DNA of 64,000 nt from Raja brachyura. Its lineage: Eukaryota. Within the stretch, counting starts at the first letter, position 1; each line of letters starts with the position of its first letter. Where the stretch lies: contig OY740785.1 in assembly GCA_963514005.1 (NCBI GenBank), forward strand, positions 51,522,001 through 51,586,000. Direction: 5' to 3'. The position numbers and the translations under genes are program-made. The notes under the pieces are model-generated. The model did no database searches. It was given only the letters and a program-made list of their open reading frames with translations, and had not been told where the DNA came from. Of this stretch, positions 26,975-41,471 are shown in pieces.

Positions 26975-27615
26975 CTAGGAGTCATACAGCATGGGAACAA
27001 GCCCTTCAGTGCAACATGCACACGCTGACCAACATGCCCCATCTACACTAGTCTCACCAGCTTGCATTTGGCCCATATCCCTCTAAACCTGACCTATCTA
27101 TGTACCTGTCCAAATGTTTCTTGAAAGTTGTGATAGTACTTGTCTTAACTACCTCATCTGGCAGCTTGTTCTGTATACCCACCACACTTTGTGTAAAAAT
27201 AAAAGTTACTCCTCAGGTTCTGTGGTGGGTGGGTCTTTCCCCCTCACTTTAAACTTATTTGGTTTCCAATTCTCCTACTCTGTACATTTACCTGATCTAT
27301 TGCTCTCATGATTTTGTACACCTCTATAAGATTGCCCAACATCCTTTTGCACTCTAAGGAATAAAGTCCTAGCCTGCTCAACCTTTCCCCATATCTCAGC
27401 CCCCTCTAGAAGGGCCTCATAAATCTTCTCTGCACCCTTTCCAGCTTGACAACATATTTCCTATAGCATGATGACTAAAACTGAACACAATACTCTAATA
27501 GTGGCCTCACCAACATCTTGCATAACTGCAACGTGACCTACCAATCTCTGCACTCAATATTCCGACTGAATGCGAATGTGAATAGTTTAGACCACCCTCT
27601 CTTCCTGTGATGCTA
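26975..27615 (-). mobile_element. CR1 3' fragment
   Basis: Reverse complement of the LEYCVQF / VKLERVQRRF coding region and the CR1 3' UTR. Confidence 0.75.
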
Positions 27616-27984
27616 CCTATCTAGCTACACAGTCGCTGGTGTGGGGAGATCTATGTTTTGATTTTTGAATGGCACTGGTTGTTCAAGCTCGGATGTTCTG
27701 ACTTTATAGTCCAGTTCTGGATGTAGCCCACAGTCATCTTTGTGGAGCTTGTTGTACACTCCATGCAGATCTACGATGAAGAACAAACAGCCAGTTTTGT
27801 TGGTCACAACTAAGAAACTGCACAGTGGAAAATATCTGCTGGAGACTGTGACATTCACGGAGAACAGACTGTGACACTCACTTACTATTTTGGTGCAGGT
27901 CATAGAGTAGCAATTTCAGGTACAAGTGCTTACATTTGCCTGCTTTGTGCAGTGGAATACCTTCCCCAGTTCTTTAGCACTCTT

Positions 27985-28553
27985 TCTATTTACAATATAC
28001 AATAATGATTTAGATTAAATTAATGATGATAATTAAAAGTAACATTAGCAAATTTGCAAATGACACAAAGCTGGGTGGCAGTGTGAACTGTGAAGAGGAT
28101 GCTATGAGGATGCAGAGTGACTTGGACAGGTTGGGTGAGTGGGCAGATGCATGGCAGATGCAGTTTAATGTGGACAAATGTGAGGTTATCCACTTTGGTT
28201 GCCAGAAGAAGAAGGCAGATTATTATCTGAATGGTGTCAGATTACGAAAAGGGGAGGTGCAACAAGACAAGGGCATCCTTGTACATCAGTCCAGGCTGAT
28301 CTTCAAATCATTCATAGTATAGCCATCTGTCAATGTGGCACAGAATGTTTTTTGCTGAGTTTGTAATCCTGTGTGTGTATGTCATCAGTTAGATAGAGCT
28401 CTTAGGGCTAGCGGAATCAAGGGATATGGGGAGAAGGCAGGAACGGGGTACTGATTATGGCTGATCAGCCATGATCACATCGAATGGCGGTGCTGGTTCA
28501 AAGAGCTGAATGGCCTACTCCTGCACCTATTTTCTATGTATCTATGTACCTAT
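27985..28553 (+). mobile_element. CR1 fragment whose central part is replaced by a locally duplicated ~92-bp segment
   Basis: ORF 28023..28322: ISKFANDTKLGG...WQMQFNVDKCEVIHFG; CR1 3' UTR resumes at ~28388. Confidence 0.85.
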
Positions 28554-29187
28554 GTAAAAAAAAGTGGAATTGTCCCCTGATTATAGGTTGAGCCCCTTTA
28601 CCTGTGCAATCTGCTTCAATTTACCGTGTGACCATTGCTATTTTAAAATTATGTTATAGTAAACCACATTGGCACATTCTAGATTTACCATTCGATAAAG
28701 TGAACCGTTGATATGTGATGAGCTAAGTACATGAATAATTTATGCCACCTGTACATTTCTGACAAATGATTTTAATTAGTTAGATAAACAGCATGCATAA
28801 ATTTTGTCTCGTACCAAGGGAGTTGATGATCTTGTTTTGGACACTGTTAACGCTGAAGCGTTTTTGGCAAGAGTTATTATCACTGAATTAGTGAGGTAAA
28901 ACGGACAGTATTCTTGGCGTTATTCTGCTGGAGGAGGCTGAGTGCACATTTCACTGTTATGTTGCTGTATGTCACTGATATTAAGTATTCATTCTGAGAA
29001 ACAGCTTGGATTTATAAGCCTGGTGAATAACTGTATAGATGGTATAGCAAAGCACTTGAGTAATTTAGCGGGTCTAGATGACATGGATAGGCGATGTTTG
29101 GGTCAAGGTCCTTCACTAGATTCATCCCGACCTGAAACATCACCTAGCCATGTAAACTAGTATCCGCAATTCCTTGTTTCTCGGTAT

Positions 29188-29625
29188 TACATAGAAACAT
29201 AGAAACATAGAAAATAGGTGCAGGAGTAGGCCATTCGGCCCTTCGAGCCTGCACCGCCATTCAATGTGATCATGGCTGATCATCCAACTCAGTATCCCGT
29301 ACCTGCCTTCTCTCCATACCCCCTGATCCCTTTAGCCACAAGTGCCACATCTAACGCCCTCTTAAATATAGCCAATGAACTGGCCTCAACTACCTTCTGC
29401 GGCAGAGAATTCCAGAGACTCACCACTCTCTGTGTAAAGAATGTTTTCCTCATCTCGGTCCTAAATGAATTCCCCCTTATCCTTAGACTGTGACCCCTTG
29501 TTCTGGACTCCCCCAACATCGGGAACAATCTTCCAGCATCTAGCTTGTCCAACCCCTTAAGAATTTTGTATGTTTCTATAAGATCCCCCCTCAATCTTCT
29601 AAATTCTAGCGAGTACAAGCCGAGT
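29188..29625 (-). mobile_element. Young CR1 3' fragment with (TTTCTATG)n tail
   Basis: ORF 29289..29648(-): LGLYSLEFRRLRGDLIETYK...FFTQRVVSLWNSLP; CATAGAAA repeats at 29190-29213. Confidence 0.9.
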
Positions 29626-29875
29626 ATTGTGACTTCCATGTCTTCCATGTCTTCATGCCATAGTTTCTCCCTACCAAATTCATAGATATGGATAAGAAAG
29701 CCAATTCATTCATAAATAACCCCTTTTACAGAAATGTGGCGGTGTCTCTCTAACTTCCCAGAATAACAGACGGGATTGATAAAATGTCATCTCTTATGAA
29801 TTGACAACTAGGTTGATTTAATGATAAAATCTGTGTAACTGTCAGACTTGGGATCCCCTCTCTTTGGCACGCCTA

Positions 29876-31470
<1,595 letters not shown>

Positions 31471-32114
31471 TATACACTCATCTTCTGTCAGCTACCTTGC
31501 TATTAGGTGTCCTTCAGTCCATTCATTGATCCATTTGATAACCATTCATCAGTTTTTTGCAAATGAAGCAGACCCACCCCACTGCATTGGGTCTGCCATC
31601 CAAACATGTTCCTCTGATTGAATTGGCAGCTGTGTGTGTGTTGAGAAATAATGCTCTTGGGCAAAAACGGCTGGAGAATTGATTTATTGTTTGAAAGTTA
31701 ATCACAGCAGAAGTAGGTCACAGAGCCCCTTGAGACTGGTCCACTATTGAATAAGATCATGAGTGATTGTCTACCTTAACTCATCATTCGCAACCATTCC
31801 CCAATATCCCTCAAATCCCTTGCTGCCAAAAAGTTTATCAATCTTAGACTTGTGTGTGTGTGTAAATAAATGCTGTCACCTTGTTTAGATAATTCCAGCC
31901 ATCTGAAGAGATTTCTCTATCTCAATACTAAATAACTGTTTCATTTAGCTTTGAGATGATATCTCCCAGTTCTGTCACTAAACTAAACAAGTATGCTATC
32001 AACCCCTTCCAGAATTGTACATGTTTTAGCAAAATCACTTCCTATTCTTCCACACTTCAGAAAATTCCAGGCCCTTTTATTCAGTAGTCAATTGATAACC
32101 CTTCAATTCAGAAG

Positions 32115-32900
32115 ATGTCCAGTTAAGTTGATCGTCAAATGCTCAAGTACGATGGGGTAAAGGTAGGATGAAAATCTTGCTTGCAGCAGCATTACAGACA
32201 CACAGGGAATACACAGAAACATGAATTGTACATGAGCAAAAACAAGTGCAAAGAAACACAATTGGGAAACTGGTCCATGGTACTGCAAGAGTTCCGTGGT
32301 GTTCAGAAGCTGAGGTAAGTTTACGATATGATACGATGGAACTTTATTTATCCCAGGAGAGAAATTGGTCTGTCATCAGCCATAAAACAGAACAAGTTAC
32401 ATGAACATAGGTACATTGCGCAGATCAGTTTGAGAATCTAATGGTTGTAGGAAAGTGGCTGCTCCTGAATCTAGCAGTGTGGAACTTCAGGCTTCTGTAC
32501 CTCCTGCCCAGTATAGCAGAGGGAAGAGGACATGGTCCAATCATGTGCATCCTCAATGATAGATGCCAACCTTTTGAATCAGCATCTTGTGTAGAAGCTT
32601 TTAATGGTGGGGAGGGCTGTGCCCATCGGGTGGATTGGGCTGAATCCAACACTCTCTGCAATGTCTTGCATTCCTGTCCATTACTATTGCCATACCAGGC
32701 CATGATGCAAGCAGTCAGAATACTTCCTACAGTGCATGTATAGATATTTGTTAGACTATTCGGGGAAATCCTAAATCTCATTTAAACTTCTAAGAAAGTT
32801 CTCCTCTTTAGTGATTATATTTATGTGCTACCCTCAGGACAGGTCATCAAAGATGTTGACATGCGGGGATTTGAAACTGATAGCTTTCTTTACCATTGCC
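32115..32900 (-). mobile_element. Rex1/Babar-type 3' fragment
   Basis: ORF 32425..32781(-): LTNIYTCTVGSILTACIMAWYGN...GRRYRSLK..T.RFRSS.FP. Confidence 0.75.
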
Positions 32901-33057
32901 CACTAATGAAATTAATATACCTGTGTTGTACTGACTTTTAAGGTAAATACATTCTTAGATGCAAGCATTAATGCCTTGAAACCGGACGCTTTAATTTGTA
33001 AAGTGTAAAATACATAAAGATCACTTTGCGCTTGTTCTAGTACAACTAAATTTGTAG

Positions 33058-33380
33058 TTGGGTGGCACAGCTGGTAGAGCTGCTCTCTCACAGTACTGGA
33101 GACCTGGGTTCAATCCTAACCTTGGATGCGGTGTGTGTAGAGTTTGCATTTTCTCCATGTGACTGTGTGGGTTTCCTTCTGGTGCTCTGGTGTCTTCCTG
33201 CATGCCAGTGCAGGTTTGTAGATGAATCAACCTCTAAAATATTGCACCTCGTGTGTAGGGAGAGGTTTTGAAGGTGGGTAAACATAGAGCCAGTATGATT
33301 GGCCGATCAATGGTTAGTATGGTCTCGGAAGGCCAAAAGGCCTGTTTCTGAGCTGTATCTCTAAATTAAACAAAACTAAA
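33058..33380 (+). mobile_element. tRNA-derived V-SINE (HE1-like)
   Basis: GTGGCACAGCTGG A box, GGTTCAATCC B box, V-domain and CR1-like tail. Confidence 0.8.
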
Positions 33381-34346
33381 TTTATTTCCAGTTGAAGTCT
33401 CGCTGATTGTGAATTTGAAGAGTGCATTCCCCAGGCCAAAATCATCCAAGACCAGGTGTCACATGCTGGCATCAATTGTGCATGTGTTTCTGGGATCAAT
33501 GCTTGTGATACTGAATTCTTAATTAATAAAAAAGTATCCAACCTAATACCTGTGGGGGAAACAACTGTTGTGGAGGTAAAGGGACCATTCTTCAGTCTAT
33601 CCCTTGTACTTATGTTTTTCATTCTTGATAAAAGTGAAAGGAGTCCGGCATATCCTCCATGCATTCAAGTGTACCTACTGGACCTTGATATTTTTCTTCC
33701 TGACTTGGTCTGCCTGACTGCTCACTGCTGTGCTTGCATGCCAGCTCAGTTCTGCTTGGTGGAGTGCCTGCACAACTTCTTACCTGCAGAGATCTGACCT
33801 CTGTCTGTATTATGATTTGATCGCTTTGGTCTCCTATGGGACCTGGTCAGCAGAGATGTGGCCTAACACAGTGAAGAAATATTGTCCTCCCTTCACTTAA
33901 GAATTTCCCCTACTCTTCATGACAGCCTTTTGTATATCTGATATGCTTGCCATGAAATGTGTCCTTAAGATTTCACATGGTTCCTTGCCACCAACTGCAA
34001 CCTCTGCAATAAGGTCAAGTCAGTAATCACACAGGTTGTATTTTTTTTGCTTGTAAAGTACGGCAACAATTTTTTTGAATGATAGCACTATTTTAATTAT
34101 TTTTTCAGGTCACTTGATTGGACTTTGAGTAAAACATGGCACATATTTAGCACAAGAAAGGGAAAATTGAATTCAAGAACCATGTGCAGTTCCCCAAATA
34201 AATGTAAGCTTGTCAAAACAATTTATTATTGCAGCAAAAACAACTTGGAGTAGAAGTTCTGTGCTGCCTGCAACTTTGTTTATTTCTTTGAAAGAATAAT
34301 TTTACAGAGGTCACTGGGCAAGTCCATTGATGCAAGTCTGTATCCA

Positions 34347-35768
34347 ATGCTTCTTTTCAAGAAGGGCTATAGGGAAAACGTTGGGAAATATAGGCCAGTG
34401 AGCTCAACATCTGTAGTTGGTAGGTTACTGGAGAGTATTCTGAGGGATAGGATATACAGGCATTTGCATGGGCAAGGGCTGATTAGGGACAGCCAGCATG
34501 GTTTTGTATGTGGGAGGTCATATCTCACAAATCTGATTTTTTGAAGACATGAGCAAAAAGGTTAATGAAGGCAGAGCTGTAGATGTTGTGTACATAGACT
34601 TTAGTAAGGCGTTTGACAAGGTGCCGCATGGTAGGCTGCTCTGGATGGTTAGATATCATGGGATCCAAGGAGAGAAAACTAAATGGATAGCAAATTGGGT
34701 CAATGGAAGAAAGCAGAAGGGTGATGGTGGAAGGTGGTTCTAAGAATGGAGGCCTGTGATTAGTGGTGTGCCACTGGGTTTGGTACTGAGCCCGTTACTG
34801 TTTGTCATCTACATCAATGATTTGGATGAGAACATACAGGGCAAGATTAGCAAGTTTGCTGATGATACAAAAGTTAGGGGTTTTGCAGATAGTGAGGATG
34901 GTTGTGAATGATGCAGCAGGATCTGGGTCGATTGGCCAGGTGGGCGTTGGAATGGTTGATGGAATTTAAACAGAGAAGTATGAGGTGTTGCGTTTTGGAA
35001 CGTCGAACAAGTGAAGGATTTACACAGTAAATGGTAGGCCAATGGGTAGTGTTGTAGAGCAGAGGGAACTAGGAGTACGTGCATGGTTCCTTGAAGGTCG
35101 AGTCGCAGGTAGATAAGGTAGTCAAAAAGGCTTTTGGCACTTTGGCCTTCATCAGTCAGAGTATTGAGTATAGAAGTTGGGAGGTCATGTTGCAATTGTA
35201 TAAGATGTTGGTGAGACTGCATTTAGAATATTGTGTTCAGTTCTGGGCACCATGTTACAGGAAAGATATTGTCAAGCTTGAAAGGGTTCAGAAAAGATTT
35301 ACGAGGATGTTGACAGGATGAGAGGGTGTAGCTATAGGGAGAGGTTGAGTAGGCTGGGTCTCTATTCCATGGAGCAAAGGAGGATGAGGGGAATTATTAT
35401 AGAGGTGTACAAAATCATGAGAGGAATAGATTGGATAGATGCACAGAGTCTTTTATCCTTTGTAGGGGAATCAAGAATCAGAGGACATAAGTTCAAGGTG
35501 AAGGGGAAAAGATTTAATAGGAATCCGAGCGGTAACCTTTTCACAAGGAGGGTCGTGGGTGTATGGAACAACTGCCAGAGGAGGTAGTTGCCGCTAGGAC
35601 TATCCCATCGTTTAAGAAACAGCTGGACAGATACATGGATAGAACACATTTGGAGACCAAACACAGCCAAATGGGACTAGGGTAGCTGGGACATTGTTGG
35701 CCGGTGTTGGCGAGTTGGGCTGAAGGGCCTGTTTCCACACTGTATCACTGTATGAGTGTATGACTCTA
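34347..35768 (+). mobile_element. 5'-truncated CR1 LINE (RT to 3' tail)
   Basis: YRPVSSTS, DFSKAFDKVPH, SKFADDT, LEYCVQFW, VVGVWN; tail TATGAGTGTATGACTCTA. Confidence 0.93.
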
Positions 35769-36922
35769 ATACATGATGAACATCAGACATGGAATCACCT
35801 ATAGCAGATATGAAAGGAGCACTCCTTGAAAACCAGGTCAGCTCTTGATGGGAGGGTCATGCATAATGGTATGGCATGCTCATCCATTAGGGGGCGCAAA
35901 CTTACTTCTAACAACCACTGAGCTTATCATCACGAATAACTATATATTAAAAATTAAAATAAATTTTACTTTCCTTGCAAGAACAAGATACCATGCACAG
36001 ATGTTACCACCTCATAATCTTAAATGGAAATTAATGGTTTCCGGAACATCTAAAATAATGTTTTCAAAAATTGAGGAAAGACATTGAATGGAACATACAC
36101 ATGCAGAGTGTCTTGATTTGGGGCACATTGAGTCTTAACTTTGTTCCAATATTAATTTAGACTCACTATTGCGTAACAGTATGGGGTCAAATGTGAAGTT
36201 GACAATTATGATGTTATAGGAAGAGATTAGGTTGCATTCTTGGATATTAATGTGACAGCACAAACATGCTGATTTCAGAGACTAATCCAGATTTTATATA
36301 TGGACACAACATTTTCAAAGATTTGAGTCATTTGTATATTTAAAATAAGTTGAACCCATTCAATGTCGGTGTGTTGTAAGTTTTTCCAGGTGTTTTGCTC
36401 AAGAAAAAGGAAAACATGTCTGTTAACAGAAATGTATTGAGCTATGATTTTTTACATAATAAATTCTTGAGAGAAAAAGCATATGAAATTGTGCTTTACT
36501 GCATCTGCATTCTATGTTGGTGAAGTGACCCCATTTGAATCTCTATTTATGTGTAGTTTCTGAAGATTTAGGAGATAAATGACTTATGGTGTAACTACTC
36601 GCATGGATCTGTTTTCTTCTTCAGATTGCTGCTGCACTTTGTACTCTCACCATAAGCTGCAGCAGTTGATAATCTAGTAGTGATATTACAATAGACTACA
36701 AAATATCATATTTCTATATGGTATAGTGTAGATATCTATAGATATAATTAAAAGTATCATCTTGAGCACTTGCTGTCTGCGCTGTCTATTGATTTTAGAA
36801 AAAACGCTACCATATATCGCTATGATTTTTGGCCATCTTACTCCGAGGCAGCCCCGAGGATTTTTCCTTTCGATGAAAAATTTAAAAAGTTATGAATGTT
36901 AAACAAATCTTGAGATCAGCTG

Positions 36923-37021
36923 ATTGGTCCTCTCACCTGTCAATCATCATGGTGAAGGTAATGCCCCATCTGGTGGGGGGGCAGAACTATAAAATCCCGG
37001 ATGCCTGGATGTGAGTCAGTC
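36923..37021 (+). promoter_or_regulatory. Putative Pol II core promoter inside the Helitron
   Basis: ATTGG (reverse CCAAT) at 36923, G-rich box ~36972-36982, TATAAAA at 36988, TCAGTC initiator with its A at 37018 (30 nt from the TATA start). Motif spacing only. Confidence 0.35.
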
Positions 37022-37064
37022 ACTCTGGAAGATCGCGAGGGAGAGGCCACAACTGTGATTTTGC

Positions 37065-37340
37065 TGTGAGTCCACTGAATTGTGAGTCTACTGAAGTGTG
37101 AGTCTACCCTTTATGTGGTTATGTGCTTTATGTGGTTATGTGCTTTATGTGGTTAACCTTTTATGTGCTTGCAATAAATGATTTGTTAGCCAGCAATGTG
37201 CTTGCAATGATGATGATTTGTTAACCCTTAATGTGCTTGCAATGAATGATTTGTTAGCCAGTAATGTGCTTGCAATGAATGATCATTTGTTAACACTTAA
37301 TGTGCTTGGAATAAATGATTTGTTAGCTCTTAATGAAATG
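37065..37340. repeat. Composite minisatellites (16-mer ACTGAAnTGTGAGTCT; TTATGTGG/TTATGTGC; ~32-mer AATGTGCTTGCAATGAATGATTTGTTA..)
   Basis: Directly visible tandem units. Confidence 0.85.
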
Positions 37341-40300
37341 AAATGAGTTATTTGTCCTGCCCTGTGCTTGAAATTAAAATGGAAATGGAAATTCCATGAA
37401 ATGAGTTGTTTGGCCTGCACTGTGTTTTTGCTTTTGCTTTGCCTTTGGTTTACTTGAGCTCACCTGAAATGAAAGCAAATGGATTGTATTGTTGGCTGGC
37501 CCCACCTGCCCTGTGCTTGACTTGAAATGGATTGACGACATGAAATGGATGTAAATGAATTGTTGGCCCTGCACTCACTGTGACCCACAACACCCATGCT
37601 AGTGCTCCAGAAACCCCCCCTCCCCTCTCACTGGCCACCAATATTGGAATTGGTGGAGAGGTGGAATATTGCATTGGGGGGCCAGCCGTCCTGTGTGAAC
37701 CTGGGACCCAACGGGTCCCACTTAGTCTAGTAACAATTAATATTCCTTAATTGTCTTTTGCTCATGGATTAGTTATGCTTTTGAATGGGTGTGTCCAATG
37801 CACTAAAACTGCTACAAAATGGAGCTGTTCTTGTTTCCCTTTCAATATTATTCCTGATGGAACATCTGTAGGTTTGTGGCCACACTTTCTATTGGCCATG
37901 CCTGTTCATGTTAAACCCAGGAACCGCTGATTTACACAAAAGGACCACAAAGTACTGGAGTAACTCAGCGGATCAGGCAACATCTCGAGAAAACATGCGG
38001 AGGTGACGTTTTGGGTCGTGACCATTTTTCAGACTCCATAGATGCTGTGGAGTTATTCCAGCACCTTTCATGTTCATGTAAGATTAGTTTACCTTTCTGG
38101 ATCGGTTACTTAATATCCACGACATAACAAACTATCTAAAGGCAAATGTATATGGTCAATCAGCAAACCACCAATTCTAATCAATTATGAATTAATGGCC
38201 AGACTGTTTCTGTGAAGTTGGGATATTGAGTGAACTATTCACAATATATTTTGTTTTATGATAATTGTTCCAGTGTATAATTTTGTATTTTTCATGGTTA
38301 AAATGCAATCCATCATTTATTTCCATTATGTTGATTTCAATAGTGAATAATGAAAATGGTCCACAAATCAAAGATGTGATATTATCTGTATAATGTTCTC
38401 TCCACTGAAAAGATATCTGATAAGAGTTATGACAGTTAGAGACATGGCATTAACGATAACATATAAAGGATTTCTTCTGCGAGCGGTTAGATGCCTATTT
38501 CCATACATTTGACTAGTGGGCAGAAACTCAACCTTTATTTTAAATAATATTGGAAAAAACTTTCAAAAGGATGAATTTGCAAGAACAAAAGGAAAAGTGC
38601 CCGATAATGGGATTATGGTTGTAATTTTACATTGAAGTATGGGAGTATGGGTGCAGAGAACTGACAGGCTAAACAACTTTCCATTTATGCGCATGTCCTA
38701 ACATTCCTTACTTTTATCACATCCCATGCACTTGCTATCTAATAACCTCAAAAAATACCTCCTAATACCCTCTCTGCCTAAAAAAATACCCCTGTAATGC
38801 ATGTTTATTTGAGAATAATTACTCTCATGCAAATGCTCATACAAAAATAATTGAATGTAAATCACCTGCAGTTTATGAGGGATGTCATGAGTCAGTTTCC
38901 CACTGATGGTATTGGGTAGAATTGTTTAGTTTGTCTCAAATCAGCTGGATTCAGCAATGTAGGCAAATATTGCAATTTAACTCCACAATTTTATTTCTAA
39001 TTCTTTCAAGGCACAACCAATTGTGCTTTACTCCCCATATTGTTTAACATAACAATTACATTGATTAATTATTCAATGCAAATGCAGTGCAAATTAATCC
39101 ATTGAATAAAAAGAGATCAAACAAAAAGCATACCAATCCTCTCAAATTCAATTTACGATCAGTGACTTGTTCATTGGTCAGCATTGATGAGTTGGGCCAA
39201 AAGGCCCGTTTCTATGCTGTATACCTCTGACTCTTAAAAGCAAGATATCCTGTGAGTGTGTAGAGAATAATGAGAATTTTGTACATAATTTCAGTATAAT
39301 ATAACATTCAAACCTCATGTATTTTCCTAGTTGACTATATTATTTTATCCCATTAATCAAATCAACCAAAGATAAAAACATTTGTAGAGGTGCTAATTTA
39401 CAATAGACTTTTTGAGAAATCATATTTTTGTTGATTTTTAAATATCTTAATAGCTCACTGGACAGTGGAAGATCCTGTTGTGATCTTGGAAATCAGACAA
39501 GAAATATCCTGTACTTGGGTTCTGGTCATCATTTGGTTAATATTTCTCAGCCAGTGGAATCAGTAAAAAATGGCTTCACTGTCCTCCAGGTGATAAAGGG
39601 AAACAAAAAACAGCTGGGGTCTCCATTCTATATCACTATTCAATTAGCTCCTGCTGGGAAGAAAATTTGTTTGAGGAAGTGTATGTATGAATGGAAACAG
39701 CCTGTGCCATGATGCCTCTTCTCCAGCTGAATACACAGTCGACACTTAAAGCCCAAACTAAGACATGAAAGATAATCATCACTTGGAAGAGGTACTCGAT
39801 GAATGCCACTGTCTACAGTTGTTTGCACATATTAGAGTCAGTGCACAGCCCCTTCGGTACTGACCCGCCAATATTTCTTTGCCCCAATTTCAGCTGAGCA
39901 TCCACACTGCACTAATGTGAATTTCTCAACAAGCCATGCTTGGGTAAATTTTTGTCTTCACTGCTTGGGAGGTAATCTAGTGGAACAGGTTGCTCAGCCA
40001 TAATAGAATCTGTCCAATTTACATTTCATTAGAATCCACGGAATGAAAATCAAGCTGTTTCTGTGACATGCGACTGGTCTCTTCTATCAGCTCTCCACCA
40101 GCAGGGGAAAGATGAACATTTACCTTGCCACGTCCTGAATGAGTGAGATTGACAATTTTGTGCTGTGACCACTGGGAACTTGATTCGCACTGTTCATTTC
40201 ATTGAGACAGGTTGACACAAACACAGATGTCTGTGGCAAAAGGTAATGTGTGTGTGTACCATGCATGTGCCACCCATTTCCCAATTTGTTTCGTCCTTTA

Positions 40301-41181
40301 TCTCGCTGAGGCTTTTGGTAGACAGCTGTTTCTTAAAGAAACTGCAAAGCACATGGCTAATTGGGATAAATGATTCTCCATTTATTGATTTTGTGCAACA
40401 CAAATATTTCAAAATCAATCCCTCCCTTCCCACCCCCCATTTTCTTTCTCCACACAAACCTGGTCCACAACCATGCCACAAACATGATTTCGAGTGCACC
40501 TAACTTTTCAACAGTCCATAAGATACTAATTCTTTAAAACTTCATTTTGTATTTGGTCTGTTTTGAATTATGTCAGCCCACCTATTGCTGACATTAGTCA
40601 TAGTATTAAGCGCCTGGTCAGTAGTTCACCCAGAAAAGCTGGATGATGAATCTTGTCATTTGAATTTCTCAGCTGCCATGAACTGATTTGTTCAGGTTCC
40701 AGTATTTCCCAATTGAACTTTTCTATAAACGGGCATTGTGTATAGTCTATTGACAGGCAGCATCTCTGGAGAGAAGGTAATGTGTGGTTTTGGGTCGAGG
40801 CCCTACTTAATTGAGTAATCCATCATTGACTGAGTGAAAACATTGAGGTACAACTCCATTCAACACCAGTATTAGTTGGGAACTTTGTTAAGAGGAGAAA
40901 TTGGTCCAAGTGATGTACAATATGCTTCAAAAATTGATTTTATGCGGTTATGTATTGGAAATGTGAGTTGAGCATAGTGCTGCTAATGCCAATGTGGATT
41001 CCCCAAAATATCAGTGGTTTATTCAAAGCTCTGCAGTGGCATCTTACACTTGAAATCATGCTGAAGTGTCTTCAGTGCAGTCTCTTTGGACAACAAATGA
41101 ATACCAATATCACCGGTACATGATCAACTCACAACTACAACATCTTTGCTGTGGTGATGTAAGTGATCAGTAAGTGATCAG

Positions 41182-41471
41182 AGCGGCACAGTGGCGCAGC
41201 AGTAGAGTCGTAGCCTTATAGTGTCAGAGACTTGGGTTCAATCTTGACTATGCTGGGTGCTGTCTTTATGGCATTTGTATATTCTCCCTGTGACTGCATG
41301 GGTTTTCTCCTAAATTCCAAAGACCTGCGGGTTTGGAGGTTAACTAGCCCCTGTGAATTGCCCCTAGTATGTGGGATGTATAACTGGGATAACATAGAAC
41401 TGGTATACCTGTTGGGTGCAACGATTCAGTGACCCAAAAGGCCTGTTTCTACACTGTATCTCTGAACTAAA
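41182..41471 (+). mobile_element. tRNA-derived V-SINE (HE1-like)
   Basis: GCGGCACAGTGGCGCAGC head, GGTTCAATC B box, V-domain and CR1-like tail. Confidence 0.8.

Larger units (their letters stand above)
23680..27960 (-). mobile_element. Very old Gypsy-like pol remnant in three pieces (~27620-27960, ~26330-26700, ~23680-24450) separated by younger LINE insertions
   Basis: Degenerate RT-like motifs in the expected order: GLHPELDYKV..EQPV; GAILA..W; ERLQQPTL; KLGSKTGFHSL (compare KLDxKSGFHQI); LSFKTPK..ITFTG. Confidence 0.4.
36735..37730 (+). mobile_element. Non-autonomous Helitron
   Basis: A|TC 5' end (TCTATAGATATAATTAAAAG); 3' hairpin TGGGACCC-AAC-GGGTCCCA (37702-37720) followed by CTAG|T (37727-37731); no TSD; internal minisatellites. 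The 5' boundary is less certain than the 3'. Confidence 0.78.

Noticed and set aside
37065-37340. Tandem repeats as a possible CRISPR-like array
   Set aside because: No unique spacers, degenerate units, eukaryotic context; they are minisatellites in a Helitron.
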